NCBI RefSeq assembly: GCF_035285525.1
Contig: NZ_JAYKGW010000223.1
Location: 1-31,098 of the forward strand
Direction: 5' to 3'
DNA length: 31,098 bases
From: Okeania sp.
Lineage (GTDB): Bacteria > Cyanobacteriota > Cyanobacteriia > Cyanobacteriales > Microcoleaceae
Shown: piece after piece, positions 1 to 9,837 of the stretch
How positions within the stretch are numbered: the stretch's first letter is position 1
Layout: the number at the start of each line of letters is the position of its first letter
The notes under the pieces: model-generated
The model's database searches: none
Seen by the model: the letters and a program-made list of their open reading frames with translations, nothing else
What the model was told of the DNA's origin: nothing
Made by a program: the position numbers and the translations under genes

Positions 1-75
1 GATTCCTCTATGAAGTTGCCCTGAATACAATACTAAAAATATACATAGCCATAAGAAATTATTTGTCAGAAAAAA

Positions 76-111
76 CTGTAGGGGTTTGGTCTCCAAACCC
101 TCTACAAACCC
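76..111. repeat. Dispersed hairpin repeat (GTAGGGGTTTGGTCTCCAAACCC family)
   Basis: ctgtaggggtttggtctccaaaccc with the internal palindrome gggtttgg/ccaaaccc. Related copies lie at 3925-4090, 5997-6056 and 7537-7592. Confidence 0.8.
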
Positions 112-507
112 TGAATAAATCTAAGAGCATTGACAGATAAAAGTATAAGTATTCAACCGGACATAATATTACCCCACATTCCGACTACTTCCTCTATAAC
201 TTCTATTTCTCCTAAACTTCTAACTACTCCCTATCTTTTCTAACAAAAATTTATGAAATTAATATTACTAGACAGTCATCTATAAATTAGTTGACAATTT
301 CTTAATTATATGCTTAAAAGCTATGTTGAATTTTTAATAATCTCAATACTTACACAAAGGTACTAAATATAGAGTTAAAAAACGATTGCGCCATAGTTTT
401 AAGCACTATATCTAGGGTGTCTGGGTAAGTCCTATCTATTTAAACTTCTCTTAAACATCAACTGCTAATATACGCTCGGTGTTCAAACAAATAAACTAGG
501 AAATTTA

Positions 508-3500
508 ATGAGTAGCCCAAAACTCAGACCATTAGGTACTTACGAGACAGGACTCTTCGATGAGAGTGCTGCTGAAATTGTTGCTTATGACTCCAATACA
601 CAAAGAGCGTTTGTTGTCAATGCCAATAGTGCCACTATTGATGTATTAGACATTAGTAACCCTGCTAACCCAACTCGCATAAATCAAATAGAAGTTTCTG
701 GTGCAGGTGCTAATAGTGTTGCAGTTAATGACGATGGTATTGTTGCAGTTGCAGTTGAACCTAACAACAAACAAAACCCAGGAAGAGTGGCCTTCTTTGA
801 TGCTGATGGTACTAAACTCGGTCAAGTTACCGTAGGTGCATTACCAGATATGCTTACCTTTACCTCCGATGGTACAAAGGTATTAGTGGCAAATGAAGGA
901 GAACCTAACAACGACTATACTAACGACCCCCAAGGTTCCGTTAGCATTATTGATATTTCTGGTGGAGTAGAAAGTTTAACTCAAGATAATGTCTCTACCG
1001 CTGACTTTACTGCTTTCATCGGTCGCGAAGCAGAATTACGTTCCCGTGGCGTGCGGATATTCGGACCTGATGCAAATGCAGCTCAAGACTTTGAACCAGA
1101 ATATATTGCTGTTTCTCCTGATGACACTACAGCACTTGTCACTCTCCAAGAAAATAATGCTGTAGCAGTGATAGACATTGCCAATGCAACTGTTTTAGAC
1201 GTTCTCCCATTAGGAGTAAAAGATTACAGTCGCGGTCTGCCTAACTTAACACAATTTCAATTTTCTGACCTGCCAGTTTTAGGTAGAACCGAAGGCGGTC
1301 AAGATATTCTCCTGGGTGGTTTATCAGGATTATGGTTTGAAGGTGAAGACGAAAACGGTAACTTACAATTTGTGACCGTACCAGACCGGGGACCTAATGG
1401 CGCACCCACAGATGTAAACGGTGATGGAGAAAACGACAGACCATTTGCTCTGCCAGACTATCAAGCAAGAATTGTTCGCTTTACCTTAGATGAAGGTAGT
1501 GGCGATATTGAAATCACTGAAGAAATTATTTTAACTAGAGAAGACAACGGAGAGACAGTTCCCATAACAGGTTTACCTAATATTGAAGGAATAGACGAGA
1601 TACCAGTAGATCTTTCTGGTAACGTCCTAGAATATGACCCCTTCGGTGCAGACATGGAAGGTATTGTTATCAACCCTGCTGACAACACTTTCTGGACTGT
1701 AGATGAATATCGACCTGCTATCTACCAATTTGATACTAATGGTTCACTGCTAAACCGTTTCGTACCAGAAGGAACAGCAGCACTAGCAGAACCAGCAGAA
1801 GCACCAGGAACTTTTGGTACAGAAACCCTACCTGCAGAATATTCCAACCGTCGCTCGAACCGTGGTTTTGAAGCAGTTGCATTGGATACAGACGAAGGTA
1901 TTTTGTATAGCTTTATTCAAACACCTCTAGCAAATCCCGATCGCGAAACTTCGGACAACTCCAGCATTATCCGAATGCTAGGTATCGATCCCACTAATGG
2001 AACACCCGTAGCAGAATATGTCTACCTGCTAGAAAAACCTGATATCGGTGCTGGTCCGGTTGTTGATAAAATTGGAGATGCTGTCTACGATCCAGAAACT
2101 GGTAACTTCTTTGTTGCCGAAAGAGACTCTTCTGTCGATCCTACTGGCAAAAAGTTTATTTTTGAGATTGACCTCACAGGTGCAACTAACTTACTTGCTG
2201 ATAGTGCGCCAAGTTTACCAAACGGTGAAACTCTGGAACAACAAACTGCAGACAGTTTAGCAGCAGTAGGTATTCAAGCAGTTAATAAAATTAAAGTAAC
2301 TAACCTACCTTCCATTGGTTACACTGCTGGAGACAAAGTAGAAGGTTTATCTTTATTACCAGACGGACGGTTAGCGGTACTGAACGATAATGACTTCGGT
2401 TTATTAGATGAAGAAATTCCAGTTGATGGTACTGTTCCTCTTAACCCCGCTCCAGTACCAGTCGTTCTAGGTATAGTTGATTTCTCAACCCTAAGTAATC
2501 AACTTGACCCAAGCGATCGAGATGGTGGAATCAATCTCAATAACTGGCCTGTGTTCGGGTTATTCCAACCAGATAGTATTGCTTCTTTTGAGATAGATGG
2601 TGAAACCTACTATATAACAGCAAATGAAGGAGATTCCAGAGATTATGATGGTTTCTCAGAAGAAGTACGGGTAGCAGATGAGGAATATGTACTCGATCCT
2701 GAAACTTTTGATGTTGATGCCATAAAAGATGAAACTGCTCTAGGTCGTTTGCAAGTAACAATCACAGAAGGAGACCTTGATGGTGATGGCGATTTCGACC
2801 AAATATTTGGTTATGGCGGTCGCTCTTTCAGTATCTGGGATGCTACTGGTAACTTGGTGTTCGATAGTGGTGATGCTTTTGAACAAATTACTGCTCAAGA
2901 TTTCCCTGATAACTTTAATTCTGACAACGACGAAAATTCTTTTGATACTCGTAGCGATGCCAAAGGACCTGAACCTGAAGCTGTAACTATAGGAGTTTTA
3001 GACGATCAAACCTATGCTTTTATTGGTTTAGAGCGTATGGGTGGAATTATGGTTTATGATGTCAGCGAGCCGACAGCACCAACTTTTGAGCAATATATCA
3101 ATAACCGTGATTTCACAGCAGATGTTCAGACCAGTGCAGCAGGAGATTTAGGACCTGAAGGTTTAGCGTTTATTTCCCCAGAAGATAGTCCTAATGGAGA
3201 AGCGTTATTAGTAGTTGCGAATGAAGCTAGTGGTACTACTACTATTTATGAGTTTTCTCCAAACGACAAAATCATGGGAAGTTCTGGTGCTGACACTTTG
3301 AGTGGTTTCGGTGGAGACGATACTATTAGAGGTGGTGCTGGCAATGATAATATTAACGGCAACCGTGGAAATGACCGCATTAGTGGTGGTGATGGTAATG
3401 ACCGTGTGAATGGTGGTTTAGAAAACGATACTATTCTTGGTGGTGCTGGAAATGATACCTTAATTGGTCGTTTGGGTAATGACCGGATGTTAGGAGGTAG

Positions 3501-3927
3501 TGGAGAAGATACTCTCAGTGGTGGTCAAGGTCGCGATCGCCTCAATGGTGGTCCTGATGATGATGTCTTGACTGGTGGTGCGAGTATTGACAGCTTTATT
3601 TTTGCTAGCAATAGTGCATTTAGTGAGGCAAACTTAGGAGTAGATGAAATTACGGATTTCAATCCTGAGTTAGATTTGATTCTACTTGACTTAAGAACTT
3701 TTACAGAAATTACTACTGCTTCTGGTGAAAATATTGGGAATGAGTTTGCTATTGTAGGAAGTAATGGTGCTGCTGCTACCAGTAACGCTATGATTGTTTA
3801 CAATTCTAATAATGGTGGTTTGTTGTACAATGCTAATGGTAATGCAGGTGGTTTTGGAGATGGCGGTCAGTTTGCAACTCTAACTGATGCTCCTGACCTC
3901 GCAGCAGAAGATTTTGTGATCAGATAA
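508..3927 (+). CDS. Secreted beta-propeller protein (choice-of-anchor-I-like with inserted phytase-like esterase region) and a C-terminal RTX calcium-binding repeat block; possible phosphatase/phytase-like exoenzyme
   Basis: Uninterrupted 1139-aa ORF. Propeller-like segments: AEIVAYD, GPEPEAVTIG, GPEGLAFISPEDSPNG...LLVVANEASGTTTIYEF. Central segment: GGLSGLWFEG...DEYRPAIYQFD. Nonapeptide GGxGxDxxx repeats (GGAGNDNINGNRGNDRISGGDGNDRVNGG...) lie at about nt 3280-3585. There is no N-terminal signal peptide, which fits type I secretion. Confidence 0.85.
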   Translation: MSSPKLRPLGTYETGLFDESAAEIVAYDSNTQRAFVVNANSATIDVLDISNPANPTRINQIEVSGAGANSVAVNDDGIVAVAVEPNNKQNPGRVAFFDADGTKLGQVTVGALPDMLTFTSDGTKVLVANEGEPNNDYTNDPQGSVSIIDISGGVESLTQDNVSTADFTAFIGREAELRSRGVRIFGPDANAAQDFEPEYIAVSPDDTTALVTLQENNAVAVIDIANATVLDVLPLGVKDYSRGLPNLTQFQFSDLPVLGRTEGGQDILLGGLSGLWFEGEDENGNLQFVTVPDRGPNGAPTDVNGDGENDRPFALPDYQARIVRFTLDEGSGDIEITEEIILTREDNGETVPITGLPNIEGIDEIPVDLSGNVLEYDPFGADMEGIVINPADNTFWTVDEYRPAIYQFDTNGSLLNRFVPEGTAALAEPAEAPGTFGTETLPAEYSNRRSNRGFEAVALDTDEGILYSFIQTPLANPDRETSDNSSIIRMLGIDPTNGTPVAEYVYLLEKPDIGAGPVVDKIGDAVYDPETGNFFVAERDSSVDPTGKKFIFEIDLTGATNLLADSAPSLPNGETLEQQTADSLAAVGIQAVNKIKVTNLPSIGYTAGDKVEGLSLLPDGRLAVLNDNDFGLLDEEIPVDGTVPLNPAPVPVVLGIVDFSTLSNQLDPSDRDGGINLNNWPVFGLFQPDSIASFEIDGETYYITANEGDSRDYDGFSEEVRVADEEYVLDPETFDVDAIKDETALGRLQVTITEGDLDGDGDFDQIFGYGGRSFSIWDATGNLVFDSGDAFEQITAQDFPDNFNSDNDENSFDTRSDAKGPEPEAVTIGVLDDQTYAFIGLERMGGIMVYDVSEPTAPTFEQYINNRDFTADVQTSAAGDLGPEGLAFISPEDSPNGEALLVVANEASGTTTIYEFSPNDKIMGSSGADTLSGFGGDDTIRGGAGNDNINGNRGNDRISGGDGNDRVNGGLENDTILGGAGNDTLIGRLGNDRMLGGSGEDTLSGGQGRDRLNGGPDDDVLTGGASIDSFIFASNSAFSEANLGVDEITDFNPELDLILLDLRTFTEITTASGENIGNEFAIVGSNGAAATSNAMIVYNSNNGGLLYNANGNAGGFGDGGQFATLTDAPDLAAEDFVIR

Positions 3928-4090
3928 TATCAAATCCGGTAGGGGTTTGGTCTCCCAACCCTCGCCTAACTCTCTCCAAAACCCCTACCAACTATGAATT
4001 TTCCCCAATTTAGAGAAATGCTATAGCTAATATCAAATCCGGTAGGGGTTTGGTCTCCCAACCCTCTCCAAAACCCCTACCAACTATGAA
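3925..4090. repeat. Two direct copies of a long-loop hairpin repeat just downstream of the RTX gene; possible terminator function
   Basis: taatatcaaatccggtaggggtttggtctcccaaccctc...aaaacccctaccaactatgaa occurs at 3925-3998 and again at 4029-4090. Stem: gtaggggttt/aaacccctac. Confidence 0.8.
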
Positions 4091-4225
4091 ATTTAACCAC
4101 GAATGGCGATAGGAATTATATTACTCAGAAACCAACGGATTTGATATAAGACAAGAAAGGAAGAAAATTTAACAGAAAGAAAAATCTTAAATATAGTAAA
4201 TATTTCCGTTCTTCCTTCTTCCTTC

Positions 4226-4870
4226 TTACTCAGAATAAGTATAAAACCATAATGAATAATCTTCTAATAATTCTGAATTAGTAGAATCTTCTGCCACAGT
4301 TTCCAAATCAGCTAATGGCAATGTAAATTTGCGCTGATCTGTCGTGCGTTCCAACACAGCTAAAATTCCGTAATCTACATCAAATTTACTATCCAACTTT
4401 AACAAATTAAATTCATCTGTATAAGATGGTTGTGTCTTTTTTAGCTTTTGATATTCTTTTTGATATTCCTTTTTATTTCCCGGACCTATTGTATAATATT
4501 CCTCCCATTCAAATTCTTCCGTACCTGTAACTAAACAAGGAATTGTCAGATTTTGCTTGAGATATTTTAAATACTTTTTTAAATTAGTTAAATCAACTTC
4601 TAAATCTGTAGTTCTCAAAACTTCCTCTAATTTTTGTTCAAAAACTTCCCAATGAACTTGTTCTGCTTCATCATCATCTTCCATCCCTTGAAAAGCACCT
4701 ATCTGCTGTAAAAATTTTTCAATAGGTATATTTATAGTTATATTTTCTGCGCCATTTACCTTAGCAGATTTTCTTGATACAATAGTCTCATCAATTATAA
4801 TTGGTTTCAGCTTCCCGGTATCAGGTTGAGACTTGTTTTTATTTGGTTTTTGATTAGATTTTGACATCAA
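4226..4870 (-). CDS. CcbP-family (Anabaena calcium-binding protein-like) acidic protein with a Lys-rich N-terminal extension
   Basis: 214-aa ORF. The C-terminal half (YLKYLKQNLTIPCLVTG...GILAVLE...FTLPLADLETVAEDSTNSELLEDYSLWFYTY) follows the pattern I recall for Anabaena CcbP (YYYLDDTLEFPFMG...MYVEV...YTAKLSDIEAIDVDDDTQEAIADWLYWL). The assignment is from memory of that sequence. Confidence 0.55.
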   Translation of the reverse strand: MMSKSNQKPNKNKSQPDTGKLKPIIIDETIVSRKSAKVNGAENITINIPIEKFLQQIGAFQGMEDDDEAEQVHWEVFEQKLEEVLRTTDLEVDLTNLKKYLKYLKQNLTIPCLVTGTEEFEWEEYYTIGPGNKKEYQKEYQKLKKTQPSYTDEFNLLKLDSKFDVDYGILAVLERTTDQRKFTLPLADLETVAEDSTNSELLEDYSLWFYTYSE

Positions 4871-5192
4871 GTTTTTACCTTATTGAGGTTGATAATTTTA
4901 AAGAATATAAATAATAAAAAAAATTCAGATAACTTAACGGCAGATTCCATTTTTACACCCACGCTAGCCAGATACTCCCTACTTACGAAGATGAAGATCT
5001 AATTATTAAATCTTTAGTTCTGATGCTGGGAATTTACTATATCTTTCCAATGGATAATTGATAATGAAAGAGTTTTTTTAAATCTCAGGACTGACGTTGC
5101 TTTGCGTAAGTTCTGAATTTCTAATTTTCTAATGCTATAATTATTCATTACTTATTATTCATTATCAATTATTAATTAATAAATAGTAAACT

Positions 5193-5852
5193 ATGACACA
5201 AACAGCACAATCTCCAGAACCGATAATTTATCAAGGACAATTCGGAGATTTTACCATTACAAAAAGCGATCGCCAGGGTGTAATTATTTACCGTATTGGC
5301 TTAATGATAGCTGCTCTTAGTTTTGCATTAGGCAGCGCTTTGGTACTATGGCAAGGTAATAATCCTACTGTTATTCAAACATTAACACCTCTGATGGTCT
5401 GTTTTTGTCTGGGCTTAGGTATTAGTTTGGCCACGATTCATATTTATATGGCCATATTACACCAAATACTCCAGCTATTTTGGTTTATAGGGACTATTGC
5501 CACGGTAATTTTTGCAATTAATGGCAGTGAGCCTCTTGCTCTAGTAGTTTACAACAATCCGGTTACTATTTTTGGTGTTGGTTTTATCTTTGCTGCTTTA
5601 ACTGGTATTTACTTCAAAGAAGCTATTTGTTTTAACCGTTTAGAAACTAAATTCCTGACACCTTTAGTTCCCTTTTTACTCCTATCTCATTTAGGTAGTT
5701 TTCTATCTATTGAAGCGAAGGAGTTTTTATTAGGAACTTGGGCGTTTTTATTTATAGTTTTTGCTATTCGCAAGGCATTCCAACAAATACCTCCAGATAT
5801 TGGAGATAAGAGTGTTTTTGAATATTTACATCAACAAAAAAATCAGGCGTAG
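5193..5852 (+). CDS. Conserved integral membrane protein (about 6 hydrophobic helices; possibly DUF2301 family)
   Basis: 219-aa ORF with repeated hydrophobic spans (IGLMIAALSFALGSALVLW, LMVCFCLGLGISLATIHIYM, VTIFGVGFIFAALTGIYF, and others). The family name is a recollection only. Confidence 0.7.
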   Translation: MTQTAQSPEPIIYQGQFGDFTITKSDRQGVIIYRIGLMIAALSFALGSALVLWQGNNPTVIQTLTPLMVCFCLGLGISLATIHIYMAILHQILQLFWFIGTIATVIFAINGSEPLALVVYNNPVTIFGVGFIFAALTGIYFKEAICFNRLETKFLTPLVPFLLLSHLGSFLSIEAKEFLLGTWAFLFIVFAIRKAFQQIPPDIGDKSVFEYLHQQKNQA

Positions 5853-5996
5853 GAATGTTTCCACAAATTAGGAGTCATTTCAGGTGTAGGTTGGGTTGTT
5901 CGCGCACTTCGTTGCGAAGCATGGAACGAAACCGAAAAATAATAACGTTTTGTTGGGTTTCACGCTGTATCAGTCTACTAGATTGTCATATTTTAT

Positions 5997-6056
5997 TGTA
6001 GGGGTTTAGTTTCCAAATTTCTTATCTGTTCGGGTTTGGAGACCAAACCCCTACAG
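5997..6056. repeat. Hairpin repeat (GTAGGGGTTT...AAACCCCTAC family)
   Basis: ttgtaggggtttagtttccaaa...tttggagaccaaacccctacag, an inverted repeat. Confidence 0.8.
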
Positions 6057-6195
6057 TCTTTTTCACGAATTATTTCATATTGCTAGAATTGTGGTTTATT
6101 AATCTGAAAAGTGCTGTCAAAAAAAAAATTTCTGGCATGGGAGCAAGATACTCCCACTCTTATGGATTATACAGCGCTTTCCACCTGCCTTCATA

Positions 6196-7269
6196 TCAAA
6201 CTCGCCGACATAATATCCATCGTAACTCCATAGGTGGTTTACCATTCGCCAAGGGAAATATATCTCTACCAGTCGCCCAACTTTCAAACCAACTGGTGGG
6301 AGGCCATGCTGTTTCTGGTAAATGCTGACGTTCGTATTCTATAACTAACTGATTAGAAATTATTTCTAAAGGTAAACCTGCCATTGCTTTGGTTAACTCG
6401 GCACATGTAAACAAACTCGACCAACATAACTGCGCCATATCTCGCACTAACTTATCTGGTACATATTCATCTACTGCCAAAAACATATTGAATAACAGCA
6501 AACCCCCAGAGCAAATAACATCAGACATTTTTGCCAGAAATAACCTTAAGTCATCCACATCCCGAAAATGAGATACTACTTCCACAGCGATCGCTAACTG
6601 ATAAAAAGCTGGTTGCAGCCTTGTTAGTGGATCGAGAATATCCCCCTCCATGACATTTATTGGTAAATTTTCTGTAGCGATCGCTTTGTGCAACTCTTCA
6701 ATAAAAGTAGGGGTTAACTCCAGAATATCTACATAATGACCGTTTCGCGCCAAAGGTAAAGCATTCCTACCTGTTCCTCCTCCTACATCCAATATTTTTA
6801 AAGCACCATTTTCACTCAACTCTCCCACAACTGCTAACACTTTAGCATCAGGATGAGAACCAAATAAAGGAGGCTTTCTTTTCTCTACCCAATACTTATA
6901 CTCTTCTGCTAAAGTTGGAGTGCGAATATTTACTTGACAAGCCATACCTTTTTTGGGAGGCTTCACTAATTCATATTGAATAACTAACATGGAAGTTGCA
7001 GAAGCATTAAATCCTTCTACCAACTTTGTTTCTAGCATTTTTCGCAATTGTTGTTTTCTTTCATCAGGCATTGGTCTACCCAAATGAGAGAATAAATTTT
7101 CGACAATATTCATATAATATTCCAGCATACCAGGCAGACAAGGAACTATCAGCTCACCATGACCCGAAATGTAGCTATCAAGCTTATAAGCAATAGCTTT
7201 TTTGAGAATAGCTGGAGAAGTTACCAGTGGCAGTTGGTCATTTATTGGTAATGTCTGTTTTTGGTTCAT
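6196..7269 (-). CDS. Class I SAM-dependent methyltransferase with an N-terminal accessory domain
   Basis: Motif I is ILDVGGGTGRNALPLA, followed by VDILELT and MEGDILD. I place the start at the ATG at 7269 (MNQKQTLPIN...). The tracked ORF runs on to 7497 only by reading through a 46-bp tandem hairpin repeat, which yields the repeated peptide SKMLALF. Confidence 0.8.
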   Translation of the reverse strand: MNQKQTLPINDQLPLVTSPAILKKAIAYKLDSYISGHGELIVPCLPGMLEYYMNIVENLFSHLGRPMPDERKQQLRKMLETKLVEGFNASATSMLVIQYELVKPPKKGMACQVNIRTPTLAEEYKYWVEKRKPPLFGSHPDAKVLAVVGELSENGALKILDVGGGTGRNALPLARNGHYVDILELTPTFIEELHKAIATENLPINVMEGDILDPLTRLQPAFYQLAIAVEVVSHFRDVDDLRLFLAKMSDVICSGGLLLFNMFLAVDEYVPDKLVRDMAQLCWSSLFTCAELTKAMAGLPLEIISNQLVIEYERQHLPETAWPPTSWFESWATGRDIFPLANGKPPMELRWILCRRV

Positions 7270-7281
7270 TAGCAATTTTAG

Positions 7282-7372
7282 GGAGCAGGTAAGAGGAAAT
7301 AGTGCGAGCATCTTGCTCCCGCTTGAAGGAGCAGGTAAGAGAAATAGTGCGAGCATCTTGCTCGCGTTTGAG
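7282..7372. repeat. 46-bp tandem repeat (2 units), each with a GCGAGCATCTTGCTCGC-type hairpin
   Basis: ggagcaggtaagag(g)aaatagtgcgagcatcttgctc starts at 7282 and again at 7328. Related GGGAGCAAGATRCTCCC hairpins lie near 6138-6154 and 25501-25517. Confidence 0.85.
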
Positions 7373-7536
7373 AGAGTAGGAAGTAGAAGGAAAGAATTAA
7401 CAGATAGCAATCCTAAATTGGGTATAAGATTTTCAGGAATAAAGCCATGAATGCTATTGGCATGGTGTGTTAGCGGTAGCTTCACCGACCGACACACTAT
7501 ATATAGTACCTTTGCTTAAGTCCTGATTTTATCTAA

Positions 7537-7592
7537 CGGGGTTTGGTCTCCAAATCCCTGAGTGCTTCGGTTTGGAGACCAAACCCCTACAG
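7537..7592. repeat. Perfect 17-bp-stem hairpin repeat
   Basis: ggggtttggtctccaaa (7538-7554) pairs with tttggagaccaaacccc (7571-7587). Confidence 0.85.
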
Positions 7593-7890
7593 TTTGTTTC
7601 TCACCTATGATTTTATATCCCTATATCTACAATAGTTGAAATAGTTGATTAAATTTTTGATTTTTGGAAAAGTCAAATAGACATCTCAAAACAATAGAGA
7701 AAAGGGAAAAATAATTAGCTTGATTTTTGATGTTTGGAAAAGTTTAGTATAAAAGTTTAGTATCGGAGTTGCGAATAAATTTAGGACTTTCTCACTCCTA
7801 ACTTCTAAATTTTGACTTCAATAGGAGTCGCGAAGGAATTTAGGACTTTCTAACTCCTGACTCCTGACTTCTGACTCCTGAATTATGACT

Positions 7891-8196
7891 TTAATTAGTG
7901 CCTGCAAAAACTATTTCTGGTTCTGGAAACTTTTTCTGAGCTTCTGACAGTGGCCTTCTTCTGCCTTCTTCTTGCCAATAGTTAATTAATTCAGTAGCCT
8001 TATTTAGTAGATCTACCCGATCTATTTCGGAAATCCAATGCTTGGCTTCCATTTCTGTTCTTAGTTGTTCCCAAGCATCGTTCCTAGGCCAGAAAAAGTA
8101 ACAAGTTAAAGGACTGGTACCACTTCCTACCACTTGATCTACGGCAACTCCTACATTATCGTCTAACCAGACTACTTTTAATATAAATTTGGACAA
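7891..8196 (-). CDS. ycf65: 30S ribosomal protein PSRP-3 / Ycf65
   Basis: The 101-aa sequence [45 protein letters not shown] matches the well-known PSRP-3/Ycf65 N-terminal signature of cyanobacteria and plastids. Confidence 0.93.
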   Translation of the reverse strand: MSKFILKVVWLDDNVGVAVDQVVGSGTSPLTCYFFWPRNDAWEQLRTEMEAKHWISEIDRVDLLNKATELINYWQEEGRRRPLSEAQKKFPEPEIVFAGTN

Positions 8197-8274
8197 TTTA
8201 CCTCCTGAGCCAATTTTAGGCTATTTTTTCAACTTTAAACACACAAATTTTCATTATACCGTAAAAATGTAATT

Positions 8275-9063
8275 ATGAACAAAGCAATTTTAGTTTTTGA
8301 TATTGATGGTGTGATTCGGGACGTGGGTGGCTCTTATAGACGGGCGATCGCTGATACGGTAGAGCATTTTACATCCCCTGCATTTCGCCCCACTCTGACA
8401 GACCTTGACCAGCTTAAATCTGAGGGTGTTTGGAATAATGACTGGGAGGCTTCGCGGGAGTTAGTTTATCGCCATTTTGAGAAACAAGGTAAAAAACGGG
8501 AAGATGTAGATTTAGATTATCAAAAGTTAATCGCTTTTTTTCAGTCTCGTTATCGGGGTGTAGATGAGAATAACTGGAATGGTTATATTTGTGAGGAACC
8601 TTTGTTGGTAAGTTCTGGTTATTTTGAGCGGTTGACGGAAGCAGGGTTTTCTTGGGGATTTTTTAGTGGAGCGATGAGAGCAGAGGTTGCTTATGTTTTG
8701 GAAGGAAAGTTAAATTTGCTTTCTCCAGTTGTGGTAGCGATGGAAGATGCTCCGGGAAAACCAGACCCAACAGGTTTGTTTACAGTGATAGAGCAGTTAG
8801 AACAACAACATGGTTTTGATGAAAATCTACCTGTGATTTATGTTGGGGATACGGTGGGAGATATGTATACAGTCGAAAATGCTAGTCAAAAGATGCCATC
8901 GAGAACTTGGATGGGGGTGGGTGTGCTGCCTCCCCATGTTCAGGATGGTGGGGAAAGAGAAAAAGTTTATGTTGGTAAGTTACTGGAGGCAGGTGCAAAA
9001 GTGGTTTTGCATAATATTGAAGAGTTGTCTGTAGAAGCGATCGATAATTTAATAAATATATAA
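8275..9063 (+). CDS. HAD-superfamily hydrolase (TIGR01548-like)
   Basis: HAD motif I is VFDIDGVIRD near the N-terminus. Motif IV-like is YVGDTVGDM. ORF of 262 aa. Confidence 0.85.
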   Translation: MNKAILVFDIDGVIRDVGGSYRRAIADTVEHFTSPAFRPTLTDLDQLKSEGVWNNDWEASRELVYRHFEKQGKKREDVDLDYQKLIAFFQSRYRGVDENNWNGYICEEPLLVSSGYFERLTEAGFSWGFFSGAMRAEVAYVLEGKLNLLSPVVVAMEDAPGKPDPTGLFTVIEQLEQQHGFDENLPVIYVGDTVGDMYTVENASQKMPSRTWMGVGVLPPHVQDGGEREKVYVGKLLEAGAKVVLHNIEELSVEAIDNLINI

Positions 9064-9337
9064 TTACAGCAATGCATGAGGATCGTGAGGTACAGTTATT
9101 TGCAGTTCAGCCTTCGTTTGCTGTAACAATCAGGATCTTGAACTGCAAAAATCAATAACAGACTTCCAGTCTTTAACAAATAATGAGGTACTTCACGCAC
9201 TTGTTTCCTTTTATATTAGGACTTACGCAAAGAAACCCCGTTTCTAGGAGAAACGGGGTTTCTGGGTTCAGTTGCAATAGATGTAGGTTGGGTTGAGGGA
9301 CGAAACCCAACAACCATCTTTCTCTCCTCTTCCCTAA

Positions 9338-9448
9338 TAGACATCTCTAGAAAAGAGGGAGTAGAGAGTAGGGAGTAGGGAGTAGGGGGAAAGAATAGAT
9401 GATTTTTGTACGATTATTGATTTAATTTTTTATTTCTGGAGATGTCTA
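9338..9448. mobile_element. MITE-like element with TAGACATCTC terminal inverted repeats
   Basis: Left end tagacatctctagaaa, right end tttctggagatgtcta. A homologous copy in inverted orientation lies at 23964-24061. Solo ends occur near 7680, 9449-9463 and 29131-29145. Confidence 0.7.
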
Positions 9449-9469
9449 ATAGACATCTCCAATAATAAT

Positions 9470-9624
9470 AGGACTTACGCAAAGGCAGTAGATATGGAGT
9501 ATCGGTGCGTTAAGCTACGCTTTTCATGTCGCGCAGGGTTTCGGCGCTTGAGCCGACATATAAAGCGGAGCTTTGCGGAACGCAAAACTCACCCTACCAA
9601 TAGCGTTCATGGCTTTAGTCCTGA
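9470..9624. mobile_element. MITE-like dispersed repeat (AGGACTTACGCAAAGG ... CATGGCTTTAGTCCTGA family)
   Basis: An approximately 88-nt core is nearly identical, in inverted orientation, to 15347-15478. Partial relatives lie at 7446-7527, 9221-9270, 14510-14602, 15051-15143 and 25590-25800. Confidence 0.75.
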
Positions 9625-9837
9625 ATAAAAAGTAAAACCAAAATAGAAAATGTTAGAAAAACATAGCGAATAGCATATTCTGAAAGACTTTTAGAGCCAT
9701 AATCCCTAATTTTGGGGTGTATAATGAAACAGCCCTGCCTTGAAAGGGGAGGCTTGAGACCTTATTTCTTGGTCATATTAATAAATTTGAATTCATCACA
9801 ATCTATTAATGTTAGATTGAGTTATAAACTCTAAATC

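Noticed and set aside
301-332. Pho-box-like direct repeats upstream of the phytase-like gene (CTTAATTA at 301-308, CTTAAAAG at 313-320)
   Set aside because: Only two imperfect PyTTAAPyPy(T/A)-like units are present. They are spaced 12 bp apart rather than the 11 bp I recall for cyanobacterial Pho boxes. The third unit is not convincing, and in DNA this AT-rich such matches are expected by chance.
1461-2986. Short ORFs nested in or antisense to the RTX/phytase-like gene (1461-1688, 2048-2260, 2537-2761, 2777-2986)
   Set aside because: They lie entirely inside a long, well-supported CDS. Their composition is low-complexity with no motifs. They are typical shadow ORFs.
6080-7450. ORFs 6080-6328, 6389-6571 and 7202-7450 on the plus strand, and the 7270-7497 N-terminal extension of the methyltransferase ORF
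   Set aside because: The plus-strand ORFs overlap the methyltransferase CDS in antisense or run through repeat DNA. The N-terminal extension is a translation of the 46-bp tandem hairpin repeat (duplicated SKMLALF peptide). The internal ATG at 7269 is the more plausible start.
9233-9262. Perfect 14-bp stem hairpin (gaaaccccgtttct/agaaacggggtttc) as the terminator of the HAD hydrolase gene
   Set aside because: It lies about 170 nt past the stop codon, has no following T-tract, and is embedded in a GGACTTACGCAAAG-type dispersed repeat. It is more likely repeat structure than a dedicated intrinsic terminator.
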